Assembly (NCBI RefSeq): GCF_030684315.1
Contig: NC_081358.1
Coordinates: 76,507,817 to 76,571,816 of the forward strand
DNA from: Stegostoma tigrinum
Taxonomy: Eukaryota
Length of the DNA: 64,000 nucleotides
Reading direction: 5' to 3'
In this document: positions 1-12,000 of the stretch, piece by piece
Numbering within the stretch: the stretch's first letter is position 1
How the letters are laid out: each line of letters opens with the position of its first letter
Notes under the pieces: generated by a model
The model's database searches: none
The model's input: only the letters and a program-made list of their open reading frames with translations
What the model was told of the DNA's origin: nothing
Position numbers and translations under genes: made by a program

Positions 1-299
1 AAATGTCCTTTCCATTATATCTCGTGTCCTCCCATATGCTGCTGATGTCCTCCCCCAAGTGCTGAATTTCCCCATTCACTATTCTTGCCCCTTCAACAAC
101 CCAGGTTGCCATCTCCAATCACCAGCAAGGACATCCTCCACTTCCCTGCCACATTGGTGCCCACAAATACTCTACCTCCCAACTTGCCCTCACCACCCCA
201 CCTCCTCTGCCCCCAGTACCCACACCCCCTTTAACTTTCATCCAGGACTGACCGTGGCTCACACCTTTGACTGACTTGGATGGACAGCCTTGATGGATG

Positions 300-910
300 A
301 CTGTCTGAATTCTTGGAGCACTGTCCACATCTAATTCCCTGAATGACGATCTGCTAACACCCTGACTGCTGACATCGGCTTGCTGGAGTTACCATGGCCG
401 ACTCACCAGAGTGCAGTGAGACGTAGCCCCTGACCCTGCCTGCCCCGTGTGAACTAATGAACATGCTGAAGCCCTTGAAATGTGAACTGATGCTGCCCTT
501 TACTGACTGAGCCAGGAACCCCAATAACTGATGGCAGCTCTCCCTGACCTGACTTGATCGCTTTGACTTTGGGATGTGGCCCCTTAGGCTGCTGCCACGT
601 GTTGTAGGTTTGAGATTGACACAGCTACATGCTGTACAGCAACATGTCCACCCCCTTGACCGGTTTCTGCTGGCAAAGATGACAAACTGCCTGCTTTTGA
701 GTCTGCGCTGTAAAGCAAGACAACGCAGAAATGCTGTAAACCTTTAAGGTCTGTCTGACAGGACAAAGCCGAAAAGGCAAGGCAAGGCAAGGCTGGATCA
801 GGCAGGAAAGCACAAAGTGAGCATGCTGGAAGACTATGCTGAGCTACAGCCTGGTCCAATCCATGAGCTGGCTGCCTGTCCCTATGTACAAAGTGTCCAA
901 GCAGCAGTCT
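300..910. repeat. Old unclassified interspersed repeat, homologous to ~59540-60200
   Basis: Collinear shared blocks with 59.5-60.2 kb: tttgaga.tgaca.agc, cagcaaca, tgacaaactgcctg, ccaatccat.ag.tgg, atgtacaaa...cagcag. Confidence 0.6.
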
Positions 911-1287
911 TTCAATGAGAGATATTATTGCACTCCAACGAGCGTGCAGTAAGTGGATCGGGGATATGCCATGATGCAGTGAACTGGTATATATATTGGA
1001 TACAAATGTCTAGGGACATAGGGTCTGCCCAGCCACTGCCCAGAAAGCATACCTTGAAGTGTTGGGGTCAGGTTTGCAAGATGGAGGTCCAGAAGAGCTG
1101 GAGTTCTCAGATACCTCTTCACTTGCATCTCAAAATTCTTGGTGTTTTGCTTTTATCCAGTAAGAAAAGAAGCCTGCATGTGAATCAGGTAACAGTAGTG
1201 GTAAAGGTGGTGATAATGGGATTGATGACCACCATCAGTAGACTTCTCACTGCTCACTATCAAGAATCTCTTCTTGACATCTGAGAC

Positions 1288-2068
1288 TAGCCAGGGAACT
1301 ACAGGCTGGTGAGTCTGACATCAGTGGTGAGTAAGTTGTTGGAGGGAAATCCGAGAGATAGGATTCACATACATCTGGAAAGGCAAGGACTGATCAGGGA
1401 TAGTCAGCATGACTTTGTGCATGGGAAATCAAGTCTCACTAAATTGATTCAGTTTTTTGAAGAGGTGACCAAGAAGATAGATAAGCACTAAATATTGTCT
1501 ACTGACTCTAGCAAGGATTTTGATAAGGTTCCGCATGGTAGACAGGTTAGTGAAGTTAGATCATATGGGATCCAGGGTGAGCTTGTCAATTGGATACAAG
1601 TGTGCAAAAAGATCTACAATGGTGTTACTGAGACTGGAGGTTTGAGTTGGAAAGAGAGGCTGGATAGTTGAGATTTTTTTCCTTTGACCATAGGAAGCTG
1701 ATGGGTGATGTTATAGAGGTTTATAAAACATGAAGAGCTAAAATAAGGTGAATAGCCAGGGTCTTTTCCCCAGGGTAGGGGACTCTAAAACTAGAGGGCA
1801 TAGGTTTAAGGTGAGAGGGGAAAGGGACAACTTTTTCACAAAAAGAGTGGTCTATGTATGGAATGAGCTGCCAGAGGAAGTGGTGGAAGCAAGCACAATT
1901 ACAACATTTAAAAAACATTTGGACAGGTACATAAATAGGAAAACATTAGATGGATATGAGCTAAACGCTAAGGCAAATGTCCAGCTCAGTTTAGGAATGG
2001 ATGAGTTGTTATGGATGAGTTGGGCCAAAGGCCTTGTTTCTGTACTGTATAACTTTAAGACTCTTTGA
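1288..2068 (+). mobile_element. CR1 LINE fragment, RT N-terminus joined to the 3' end, internally deleted
   Basis: PGNYRLVSLTSVVSKLLE..SQHDFVHGKS; after ~1600 it jumps to C-terminal LFPRVGDSKTRGHRFKVRGE..WNELPEEVV and a CR1 3'UTR (gggccaaaggccttgtttctgtactgta). Confidence 0.9.
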
Positions 2069-2739
2069 CTAGTTTGAAAAAAGTGATTTTTTGGCCTTAA
2101 TCTTCAAGAAGGCCCTCACTCAATATTTCATTCTATATTTCCAAATTTCTCACCATAGCCTACATCAACCAGGGCCTGGGAAGATTTAGTATATATTGAT
2201 AAGATTTGTAAATGCAATGGAATTATCTCAAGACTTGCTAGGACTTGTTACTTATGCCTTTAGCTCAATCTACAACAGCTTCAGTACTCAGATGAGGGGT
2301 TACTTTATTACCTGGGTTTTAATAGACTTCATACAGATAAGATTTCTGCACCTATGGAGATCAAATGAGAAGTCTACTACTTTGTGCAAGATGATGAGGC
2401 TGCAGTACCGTAGGGAATTGTCACATTTGGCCAACTAAAAGGACAGTAGATATATCAGCCAGCAGGCCGGAACAGGCACCACCACAGAAGCAGCCAGGAC
2501 AGTATCAGTTACGAGGCTAACACCATTACAAAAGACTTCCAGACCCACATCTATACCAGTTACACCTTTCACTGTAATGCTGTACTGGCTCAGTGGAGTG
2601 GGTTCTGCAAGACATGCAGAAGAATGCCCTCTCCTTCACATCGATCAGGTTGAGTGGAGTGCCTTGAATAAAAGGGAGAAAGCTTATTTGAAGATGATAA
2701 AGTGTGGTTTGCCTGGAGTGGACTGGGAGCTGGTATTTT

Positions 2740-4625
2740 TAGGTAAACATGTCAGCAGTTTGACACATTCAAGAATGAAATAAGGAGTATACAGGGCCAA
2801 CATATTCCAATAAAGACAAAGAGTATGATGAACAAATCCTGTGAACCCTGGATACCAAGGGGGACACAGCATTGGATAAAGAGAAAAGTGGAGGCTTATG
2901 CCAGATATTGGGGGATCAAATCAGCAGATGCTCTATAGGAATCCAGAATGTGCAAGGGGAGACTTGAAAAGGAGAGAAAAAAGGTGCATGAAAAAATAAT
3001 GGTAGGCATATTAAAGGTAAAAGGATAACTAGGGAAAGAGTAGGGCACATTAACAACCACAGTGGTGATTTTTGTGTGGAACTGTAGGATGTAGGTAGGG
3101 TTTTAAGTGAATGTTTTGTATCAGTGTTCACTAGTGAGAGAGATGACGTGAGTATACAATCAGGAGAAGGATAGATATATTTAAAGAGTTTAACGTAGAC
3201 ACAGGGGTGGTTCTGAGTAGCCTGGCAGGCTTAAAAGTAGATAAATCTTCGGGACTGGAAGAAATGTATCTCAGGTTGTTAAGTGAGACAAGGGAGGAAA
3301 TAGCGGGAGTGTTGGCTATAATTGTTCCCTGGCTATAGGGGAGGTGCTAAAGGACAGCCAATGTGGACCAGTCAGTCTAACCTCAGTGTTGGGGAAACTA
3401 TTGGAAGTGATTGTGAGAGTCAAAATCAATCTATACTTGGTGAGGAAGAGTTTAGCCAGGAACAGGCAGCATGGTTTTGTTAAGGGCCAAACAACTTGTT
3501 TGAATTCTTCAAAGAGGTGACCAGGTGTGTAGATGAGGGCAATTTGATGTGGTCTACTTGGACTTCAGCAAGGCTTTTGAGAAGGCCCCACATGGGAGAC
3601 TGATAGCGAAGGTAAGACCCCAAGAAAATTTGACTAATTGGATCTGGAATTGGTTGAGTGGCAGGAAGCAGAGGATGATGGTCAAAGGGTATTTTTGTAA
3701 CAGAAAGCCTGTTTCTACTGGACTTCCATAGGGATCAGTGCGGTGGGCCTTGCTGTTTGTTTCATATATATATATAAATAATGTACACTTGGATGTAGAA
3801 GGACTGATCACTAAGTATGCGGATGTTATGAAAGTTGGTGGGCTGGTAAATAGGGAAAATAGTTGCCTTAGTTTACAGGAGAATTTAGATAGCTGGTTAG
3901 ATGGGCTGATCAGTGCCTAATGGAATTTAATCTGGAGAAGTGTGAACTTGGACAAGTGAAACAAACAAGGGAACACATAATGAACAGTGGGACCCTGGGA
4001 AGCACTGAGTATCAGTGTGCATGTCCACTGGCCCATTATGGTATCGGGACAGATGGACAAAGTGGTTCCGAAGGCGTGTGGGATATTTGTCTGTATTAGT
4101 CCAGACATAGAGTTTACGAACGGGAGAATATGCTTGAACTGTGTAAAATGTTGATTAGACCACATGTCAAGTATTTGTGCATTGTGGACTCCTCATTATC
4201 GGAAGAATGTGGCCGTGCTGGAGAGGGCGTGGAGCAGATTTGCCAGGATGTTGCCTAGACTTTTACTTCTGCAGAGAGATTGGATAGATTTGAGTTGTTT
4301 TCCTTGGCGGCAAGGGGGAGATTTGAGAGAGACTTATAAAATTAAGCGGGTTGGATGCACATAGATCAGAAGAAATTCTTCTCCTTAGTGCAGGGAACAT
4401 TCGTCAGAGGCATAGATGTACTGTAAGGGCCAAGAGGTTTATAGGGATCTGAGGAAGATGGTTTTCAGCCAGAGGATCATGAGGATCTGGAACTTAGTAT
4501 CTGTAAGGGCAGTAGGGGCAGAAATCCTCATAACAGTTAAACAGTGTTTATATGTCCACTTGTGATGGCAAGGCGTTACAAGGCTATTGGCCAAGAGCAG
4601 GAAGGTAGGATTACAATGGTAAGGT
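2740..4625 (+). mobile_element. Degraded CR1 LINE ORF2 and 3'UTR, interrupted by a PLE and resuming at 8220-8308
   Basis: VYLDFSKAFEKAPHGRL, KYADVMKVGG, WTPHYRKNVAVLERAW; 3'UTR continues after 8220 (gggccttttttctgtgctg..ctatgattcta). Confidence 0.9.
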
Positions 4626-4684
4626 AATAAAATGTGAAGCTGGATGAACATAGCAGGCCCAGCAGCATCTCAGGAGCACAAAAG

Positions 4685-4714
4685 CTGACGTTTCGGGCCT
4701 AGACCCTTCATCAG
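4685..4714 (-). ncRNA. Minimal type I hammerhead ribozyme motif in the PLE terminal repeat
   Basis: Minus strand reads CUGAUGA-A-GGGU(CUAG)GCCC-GAAACGUC-AG; intact core, ACGU palindrome as stem III, GUC site; stem I only about 2 bp. Confidence 0.7.
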
Positions 4715-4944
4715 AGAGGGGGATGGGGTGACGGTTCTAGAATAAATAGGGAGAGAGGGGGAGGCGGACTGAAGATGGAGAGAAAAGAAGATAGGTGGAG
4801 AGGAGAGTATAGGTGGGGAGGTAGGGAGGGGATAGGTCAGTCCAGGGAAGACGGACAGGTCAAGGAGGTGGGATGAGGTTAGTAGGTAGGAGATGGAGGT
4901 GCAGCTTGGGGTGGGAGGAAGGGATGGGTGAGAGGAAGAACAGG

Positions 4945-7830
4945 TTAGGGAGGCAGAGACAGGCTGGACTGGTTTTGGGATGCAGTGGGTGGAGGGGAAG
5001 AGCATGGCTGGTTGTGTGGTGCAGTTGGGGGAGGGGACGAACGGGGCTGGTTTTGGGATGCGTTGGGGGAAGGGGAGATTTTGAAGCTGGTGAAGTCCAC
5101 ATTGATACCATTGGGCTGCAGGGTTCCCAAGTTGAATATGAGTTGCTGTTCCTGCAACCTTCGGGTGGCATCATTGTGGCACTGCAGGAGGCCCATGATG
5201 GACATGTCATCTAGGGAATGGGAGGGGGAGTGGAAATGGTTCGCGACTGGGAGGTGCAGTTGTTTATTGCGAACCGAGCGGAGGTGTTCTGCAAAGCGGT
5301 CCCCAAGCCTCCGCTTGGTTTCCCCAATGTAGAGGAAGCCACACCGGGTACAATGGATACAGTATACCGCATTGGCAGATGTGCAGGTGAACCTCTGCTT
5401 AATATGGAATGTCATCTTGGGGCCTGGGATAGGGGTGAGGGAGGAGGTGTGGGGGCAAGTGTAGCATTTCCTGTGGTTGCAGGTGAAGGCGCCGGATGTG
5501 GTGGGGTTGGAGGGCAGTGTGGAGCGAACAAGGGAGTCACGGAGAGAGTGGTCTCTCCGGAAAGCAGACAAGGGTGGGGATGGAAAAATGTCTTGGGTGG
5601 TGGGGTCGGATTGTAGATAGCGGAAGTGTTGGAGGATGATACGTTGTATCTGGAAGTTGGTGGGGTGGTGTGTGAGAACGAGGGGGATCCTCTTTGGGCG
5701 GTTGTGGCGGGGGCGGGGTGTGAGGGATGTGTTGCGGGAAATGCGGGAGACGCGGTCAAGGGTGGGATGTACGGGAGTAGAATGCCTCATCATGGGAGCA
5801 GATGCGGCAGAGGCGGAGGAGTTGGGAATAAGGGATGGAATTTTTGCAGGAGGGTGGGTGGGAGGAGGTGTATTCTAGGTAGCTGTGGGAGTTGGTGGGC
5901 TTGAAATGGACATCAGTTACAAGCTGGTTGCCTAAGATGGAGACTGAGAGGTCCAGGAAGGTGAGGGATGTGCTGGAGATGGCCCATGTGAACTGAAGGT
6001 TGGGGTGGAAGGTGGTGGTGAAGTGGACGAACTGTTCGAGCTCCTCTGGGGAGCAAGAGGCGGCGGCGATACAGTCATCAATGTAACGGAGGACGAGGTG
6101 GTGTTTGGGGCCTGTGTAGGTGCGGAAGAGGGACTGTTCCACGTAACCTACAAAGAGGCAGGCATAGCTGGGGCCCATGCGGGTGCCCATGGCCACCACC
6201 TTAGTCTGTAGGAAGTGGGAAGAATAAAAAGAGAAGTTGTTGAGGGTGAGGACGAGTTCGGCTAGGCGGATGAGTGTGTCGGTGGAGGGAGACTGGTCGG
6301 GCCTGCGGGACAGGAAGAAGCGGAGGGCCTTGAGGCCATCTGCATGTGGAATACAGGTGTATAGGGACTGGACGTCCATGGTGAAGATGAGGTGTTGGGG
6401 GCCAGGGAATTGGAAGTTCTGGAGGAGGTGGAGGGCGTGGGTGGTGTCACGGACATAGGTAGGGAGTTCCTAGACCAAAGGGGAGAAAATGGAGTCCAGA
6501 TAGGTGGAGATGAGTTCGGTGGGGCAGGAACAGGCTGAGGCAATGGGTCGACCAGGGCAGGCAAGTTTGTGGATTTTGGGAAGGAGATAGAAACGGGCCG
6601 TGCGGGGTTGGGGAACAATGAGGTTGGAGGCTGTGGGTGGGAGGTCCCCTGAGGTGATGAATGGTGTTGGAGATGATGGTTTGGTCCTCAGGGGTGGGGT
6701 CATGATCAAGGGGGCAGTAGGAGGAGGTGTCAGAGAGTTGGCATTTGGCCTCAGCGTTGTAGAGGTCAGTGCGCCATACTACCACTGCGCCACCCTTGTC
6801 TGCGGGTTTGATCGTGAGGTTGGGGTTGGAGTGGAGAGAGCGGAGGGCTGCCCGTTCTGCAGGGGAGAGGTTGGAGTGGGTGAGAGGGGAGGAGAGGTTG
6901 AGGTGGTTGATGTCTCGATGGCAGTTGGAGATGAAGAGGTCGAGGGAGGGTAGGAGGCCTGGGGGTGGTGTCCAGGAGGAGGACTTGTGTTGGAAGCGGC
7001 GAAGGGGTCAGTGGAGGGAGGGTTAGGTTCCCGGTTAAAGAAGTAAGCGTGGAGGCGAAGGCGGCGGAAATACTGCTCTATGTCCAACCATGACTGGTAT
7101 TCGTTGATGTGTGGGCAGAGGGGGACAAAGGTGAGCCCCTTGCTGAGGACTGACTGTTCGTCCTCAGTCAGTGGGAGGTCTGCAGGGTTGGTGAAGATTC
7201 GGCAGGGCCCAGTGTGGCTGCCTCCTCTGGGGTTGCTGGCTGTGGAGGTTGTGGGCAGAGCGATGAGGTTGTCGGCCGTGGGCGGGGTTCCATCGACGGT
7301 GGGAGGAGCAGGGTAGGCGGCAACAGCGGCAGTGAGGGTGGTGTTTTTCGTGCTGTAACTGGAAGTGGAGGCGGTGACTGAAGCAGCGGTCGCGTCTGCG
7401 GTCCCAGAAGTGGCGTGCCTGGCGGTGGCGGATTTGACGTCATCGGCGGGGTCACCGGCCGTGTCCTCGTGGTCAATGGCGGCGGGTGCATGGTGGGGGT
7501 GGGGCAGGGACAGGTTCTGGGTTTGGGAGGTGCAGGAATCCTCTTGTAGGTGGCAGGGGCCAGTGAGTTTGTTGTACTTATGATTTTTGATGTCCATTAA
7601 AGCTCAGTAGAACTGGGTGTTCAGTCTGTGGATCCTGCGGAGGATAAAAAACAAGAGAGGTCCTTTGCAGGTTTGGGAGCGGGAGGCTCTGAGCTGGGGC
7701 AGGCTGGATTGCAGTGCCTGGAGGTGCCGGCGCATGGCTGCGAGTGTCTGTTTCAGGACTCGCAGGGAGAAACGCTTCTGAAGGGTCTGAATTTTCTGGG
7801 TGTAGAGGTGGTCACGGTTGGGGCCAAATT
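4945..7830 (-). pseudogene. PLE reverse transcriptase / GIY-YIG endonuclease ORF, frameshifted
   Basis: ORFs 6779-7597 (LSKGLTFVP), 6470-6709 (FYLLPKIHK..GRPI), 5756-6379 (MDVQSLYTCIP, AMGTRMGPSYA, RYIDD), 4945-5793 (CNHRKCYTC linker, VYCIHCTRCGFLYIGET). Confidence 0.93.
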
Positions 7831-7843
7831 GGGAAGGCTAGAA

Positions 7844-8219
7844 TGTCTCTGCCTCCCTAACCTGTTCTTCCTCTCACCCATCCCTTCCTCCCACCCCAAG
7901 CTGCACCTCCATCTCCTACCTACTAACCTCATCCCACCTCCTTGACCTGTCCGTCTTCCCTGGACTGACCTATCCCCTCCCTACCTCCCCACCTATACTC
8001 TCCTCTCTACCTATCTTCTTTTCTCTCCATCTTCGGTCTGCCTCCCCCTCTCTCCCTATTTATTCCAGAACCCTCACCCCATCCCCCTCTCTGATGAAGG
8101 GTCTAGGCCCGAAATGTCAGCTTTTGTGCTCCTGAGATGCTGCTGGGCCTGCTGTGTTCATCCAGCCTCACATTTCATTATCTTGGATTCTCCAGCATCT
8201 GCAGTTCCCATTAGCACTG
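7844..8219 (+). repeat. Inverted PLE pseudo-LTR copy with ~40-nt tail
   Basis: Reverse complement of 4626-4961 (about 9 mismatches in 336 nt by manual alignment), plus extra cttggattctccagcatctgcagttcccattagcactg. Confidence 0.92.
8091..8120 (+). ncRNA. Hammerhead ribozyme motif, inverted copy
   Basis: ctgatgaagggtctaggcccgaaatgtcag; core intact, ACGU changed to AUGU. Confidence 0.6.
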
Positions 8220-10065
8220 TTACAATGGTAAGGTGTTTCTTTTTGACTGGCACAGATTCGATTGGAAAAAGGGCCTTTTTTCTGTGCTGAAGATCTCTAT
8301 GATTCTAAAAGCAACAAGTATAGTGCTGTCTGGAAAATAGCTACTCACCAGGATGATTAATAGAACAGTTTATTTGTTTATTTATGCCACTGGTGTGTGT
8401 GTACTCTTTCAAGATGCCAATTGCTGTGGTGTTGGCTTTCATCATAGCTGTGAGTATTCTGTGCAACATCCTACAGTTGTGAAATTTGTTACATAAGTTC
8501 ACTCTTTTTATCCCCAATGTTCTGTGATCACCTCAGCATAATGGTTATCATGACCTTGCAATATTTGTTTCACTCGCTTAAAGGTAAATAAAATCCATTT
8601 CAGGATAGTTATTTGCTTTGTGCTAATTTTATCAAACTGAATATGCATTTCTTTTTGGTGAAATCATTTAATCACTTGGAATAATGCTGGTTGGGATGGG
8701 TATATTGTCCACATTCTCTTTTGTGAGTATTTGGGACTAGTTACCATTTAGAGTATCAACTACTTTGTGATGTTCCTTAGCTTTCTACCTGCTGTCTGTT
8801 TTAAGAACCTTACATCTTCTTTGACTGGTTATTACTGTACCAAAGTAATACCGAAAAAAATTCTTGCTGTTATGTTTCCTGTCTAGTTATAATGATTCCC
8901 AGTGTTCTTTACATGTGAAGGAAAGTGAAAAAGGTTTGTGTACCTTTTGAAAGTCAGACTGGCTGCCCTTGACATTAGCCCCTGTAAATATTTAACAGTG
9001 AGGAAATCAGTCTTACAGTACAGTACAGTGATCAGTCTTAATTTCAACTTACATATGCAATCACCATAACTCACTAATGTAAGTTTAAAATTCTACAAAT
9101 GAAGCCACCTCACTGAAACAGTTTAACTAACTGTCCACTTATGCAATGTGAGTGGTGATGATGTGACATGAGTAAACAAATAAATGTACGATCTGAGTAA
9201 TGTGTTATTCAAAGCCCCATTAAAGTTGCTGATTAAATTAAGTTTGAATTGCACTAGAATTGGCATAAATCCAAAACTATTGACTGACAGTAAAGCAAAC
9301 CATTAGATGCAGACAGACATGCAAGTGTTAGAATCCATTAACAGTTATTGATGCCAACACCATCTGGTCTAGTCTGATTTTCACTGTCACATTTAAACAA
9401 TGAATTTTAATAAAGTTACAATCAGGAACACGGATTCGAGAAGGATTCAGCTTCATAACAGAGTAATCTGCATGATTACTGAAGTGTAAAATATATGATA
9501 GAAACTAGAGTTCCTGGCCTACTATTATTGTTCATAAACTATGGCAAGGACAACAAGGAAAATAATTTTTACAAGCTCAAACTGAGTTGTTTAGCAAGGG
9601 TTCTAAGTTAATTAAGGGCAGAAAAAGGGAAGGTTATCCTATTAAATTTCTGATGTTTATATCATTAAATACAGTGAAGAATGTTTGTGTTTGTAAAGAC
9701 ATTAGCAACTATTAATATTTAAAGAAGCATTCTCAACGAAGTAAGCCAACATTTCTGGACTTGTGGGATATATACACATTCATCATGTGCATAGTGGTCA
9801 GTCTCTATCAATTTAACAAAAATCAAGCAAAGCAGAAAGGAAGTATAAGGAAATGACAACACTGCTGCACCGATTTCTTGTTCTAGATCCTTAAAACCAC
9901 AATTCCCTGAGATCCTTATGGAAACCATTAAAACCTCCTATTTATTTGTTTTGAAGACCATAAACTCCAAATTATTACAAATAGTTGTACCAGATAAAAG
10001 CTTAATGTGGTTTCAAGAGATTCCCGTATTCAGTGTTTCAATGGTACCAATAAATCGTTACTTTT

Positions 10066-10445
10066 AAATTCATTCATTTGGAAGTGAGCATCAGTAGCTG
10101 GAACAGCATTTATTGCCCACTCCTAAACTGATTGGTTTGCAAAGGTCATTTCAGAGCACAGTTAGGAGTCAACGATGTTGTTGTGGATCTGGAGTCACAT
10201 TTAGGCGAGACCAGGAAACAATGGTATATTTCCTTCCTTAAAGGAGATCAGAAAATCATATGGTCTTTCTCAACAGTCAGTCATGGTAACATGGCTGCCA
10301 TTCAGCTGGCTTTTAATTTGAGATCATTATGGAATTCAGGTTTCACCTGCTATCACGGTGGGTTTCAAACTCAAGCCCCAGAACATTAGACTGAGCCTCA
10401 GAATTACTAGTCCAGTATCATTATCACCACAACATTGCCTCTCAA
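10066..10445 (-). mobile_element. tRNA-derived SINE, same family as 62108-62445 and 56475-56670
   Basis: cagcatttattgccc..ggagtcaac..ctggagtcacat..ccttcctta core and a tRNA-like head (ttcaaactc..ctagtccagt) at the right end. Confidence 0.8.
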
Positions 10446-11794
10446 GTTAATATCCTTTTGAAGATAGTGAACAGGTAATTGTGATATAAATAATCGACTA
10501 AAATGACAAAGTATAATCTTGTGCCTCATTTTTAAAAACTAAATTACAATTTATTTGTTTTTCATGAGTGGTGTTGTGATGAAGAACTGATATTTTCAAT
10601 ACATTATCTTCATATTGGTTTTCATTGGATTCTACATGTGTTTGAATAATGTCTCCATATTGTTATTTAGCTCAATGAGCAATGGGCAGACCAGAAAGGA
10701 AATTCTGTTAAAGATAAATCATAATGGTTGTTGACTTACTTATCATGCAGCAAACATTGTAACTTATGCCAGCATCATTTTATAGCTAAACCTTACAGTC
10801 ATCCTGTACCTCCTTCCAGCTATCCTCTCTACACAATCTATTTTGTACACTCATTCCTCTCCGCTTTCCGCATCTGTAACGCTGGGAACCTCTGGAAGAG
10901 GCTGAGATGCATATGCATAACGAACACTTACCTTGTATTGTATAATGTTATAGCTTTGAAGGGGTTAATGTTCAAGTCACATTTGTTTCTACTGCTCTAT
11001 TGGCGTCTCAAAAACAGTAGTTGTAAACAAGGAGGTCTACTCTTGCTTTCTGTACTGGGGCACCCCAAGGCCCTATTAAATAAACCTAAATAGACATAAT
11101 TCTACTTATTGCTAATACACAATAAACTTTGTTATTTAAGAACAGTGTGTTTTCTGTAGATATTTTATGATGATGTATGCTCTACTGCTAATCACTAGAC
11201 CAGCCCAAGTCAAAGCAAAGAACACGTTGGATTGGTGGTAATGAATTACTTCAAACCACCCTGACCCAATACCAGTGGTAGAAATGGCAAATGCCACTTG
11301 GTCATCTGGGGGAATACCTCAGCCCAAAGTGCTATCATCACTAACATATATGTCATAATAAGCATTAACTGAGTTTGAACCCTTTCGTCAGGTTGATTCT
11401 AATCCATCTCTTCAAGCTTCTTCAAGGATAGCATTAGGAAGAGAACAAACTCTCAGAGATGAATAAGTATACCCACAGTACTCATGCAGTCTAACACAGA
11501 ATCACAAAGCTTAGTTGATCCTGCATTAACTACAAGTGGGCAATGGTATGGTGAGGTGCATGTCACAAATGAGCAGCAGTAGGTGGTGGACATTTGGGCA
11601 AGAACAGATTATTTGTGTCAGAAGGGCAGAGCACTGCAAATACTGATCAGCTTCCCCAATGACCAAATCTGCTTCAGCATTGGTGCAAGTCCAAAATATA
11701 GTGAATGTGCACCAAGGGAATCACATGTCAGATCTAGAAAATGAACAATCAGCCTCCAGTTCTGTTAAATCCACAATGGATGGCACCATGTAAG

Positions 11795-12000
11795 ATGAGG
11801 AGTGAGTTCCTCATTCAGAGGGTCGTGAATCTTTGAAATACTCGACCTCAAAGTGTTTTGGAAGCTTGGTTATATAACATACTTTGGAATATAGAGATAG
11901 TGCCAGAAAGTGGTGTAGCGGTAGATGATCAGCCATGATTGAACTCAACTGTGCAGCAGTTTCTACAGGCTGAATGGACTACTCTTACTCCTATGTTCTT
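11795..12000 (+). mobile_element. CR1 3'-end fragment
   Basis: cagagggtcgtgaatctttg..gatcagccatgattgaa..ggctgaatggactactcttactcctatgttc. Confidence 0.7.

Larger units (their letters stand above)
4626..8219 (-). mobile_element. Penelope-like retroelement (Neptune-type), 5'-truncated, with inverted terminal repeat and 15-bp TSD
   Basis: RT and GIY-YIG ORF pieces on the minus strand; 4626-4961 is the inverted copy of 7844-8179; ttacaatggtaaggt at 4611-4625 and 8220-8234. Confidence 0.95.

Noticed and set aside
4873-7945. Many Gly/Trp/Arg-rich plus-strand ORFs over the PLE
   Set aside because: They are antisense or off-frame shadows of the GC-rich PLE ORF and pLTR, with no independent motifs.
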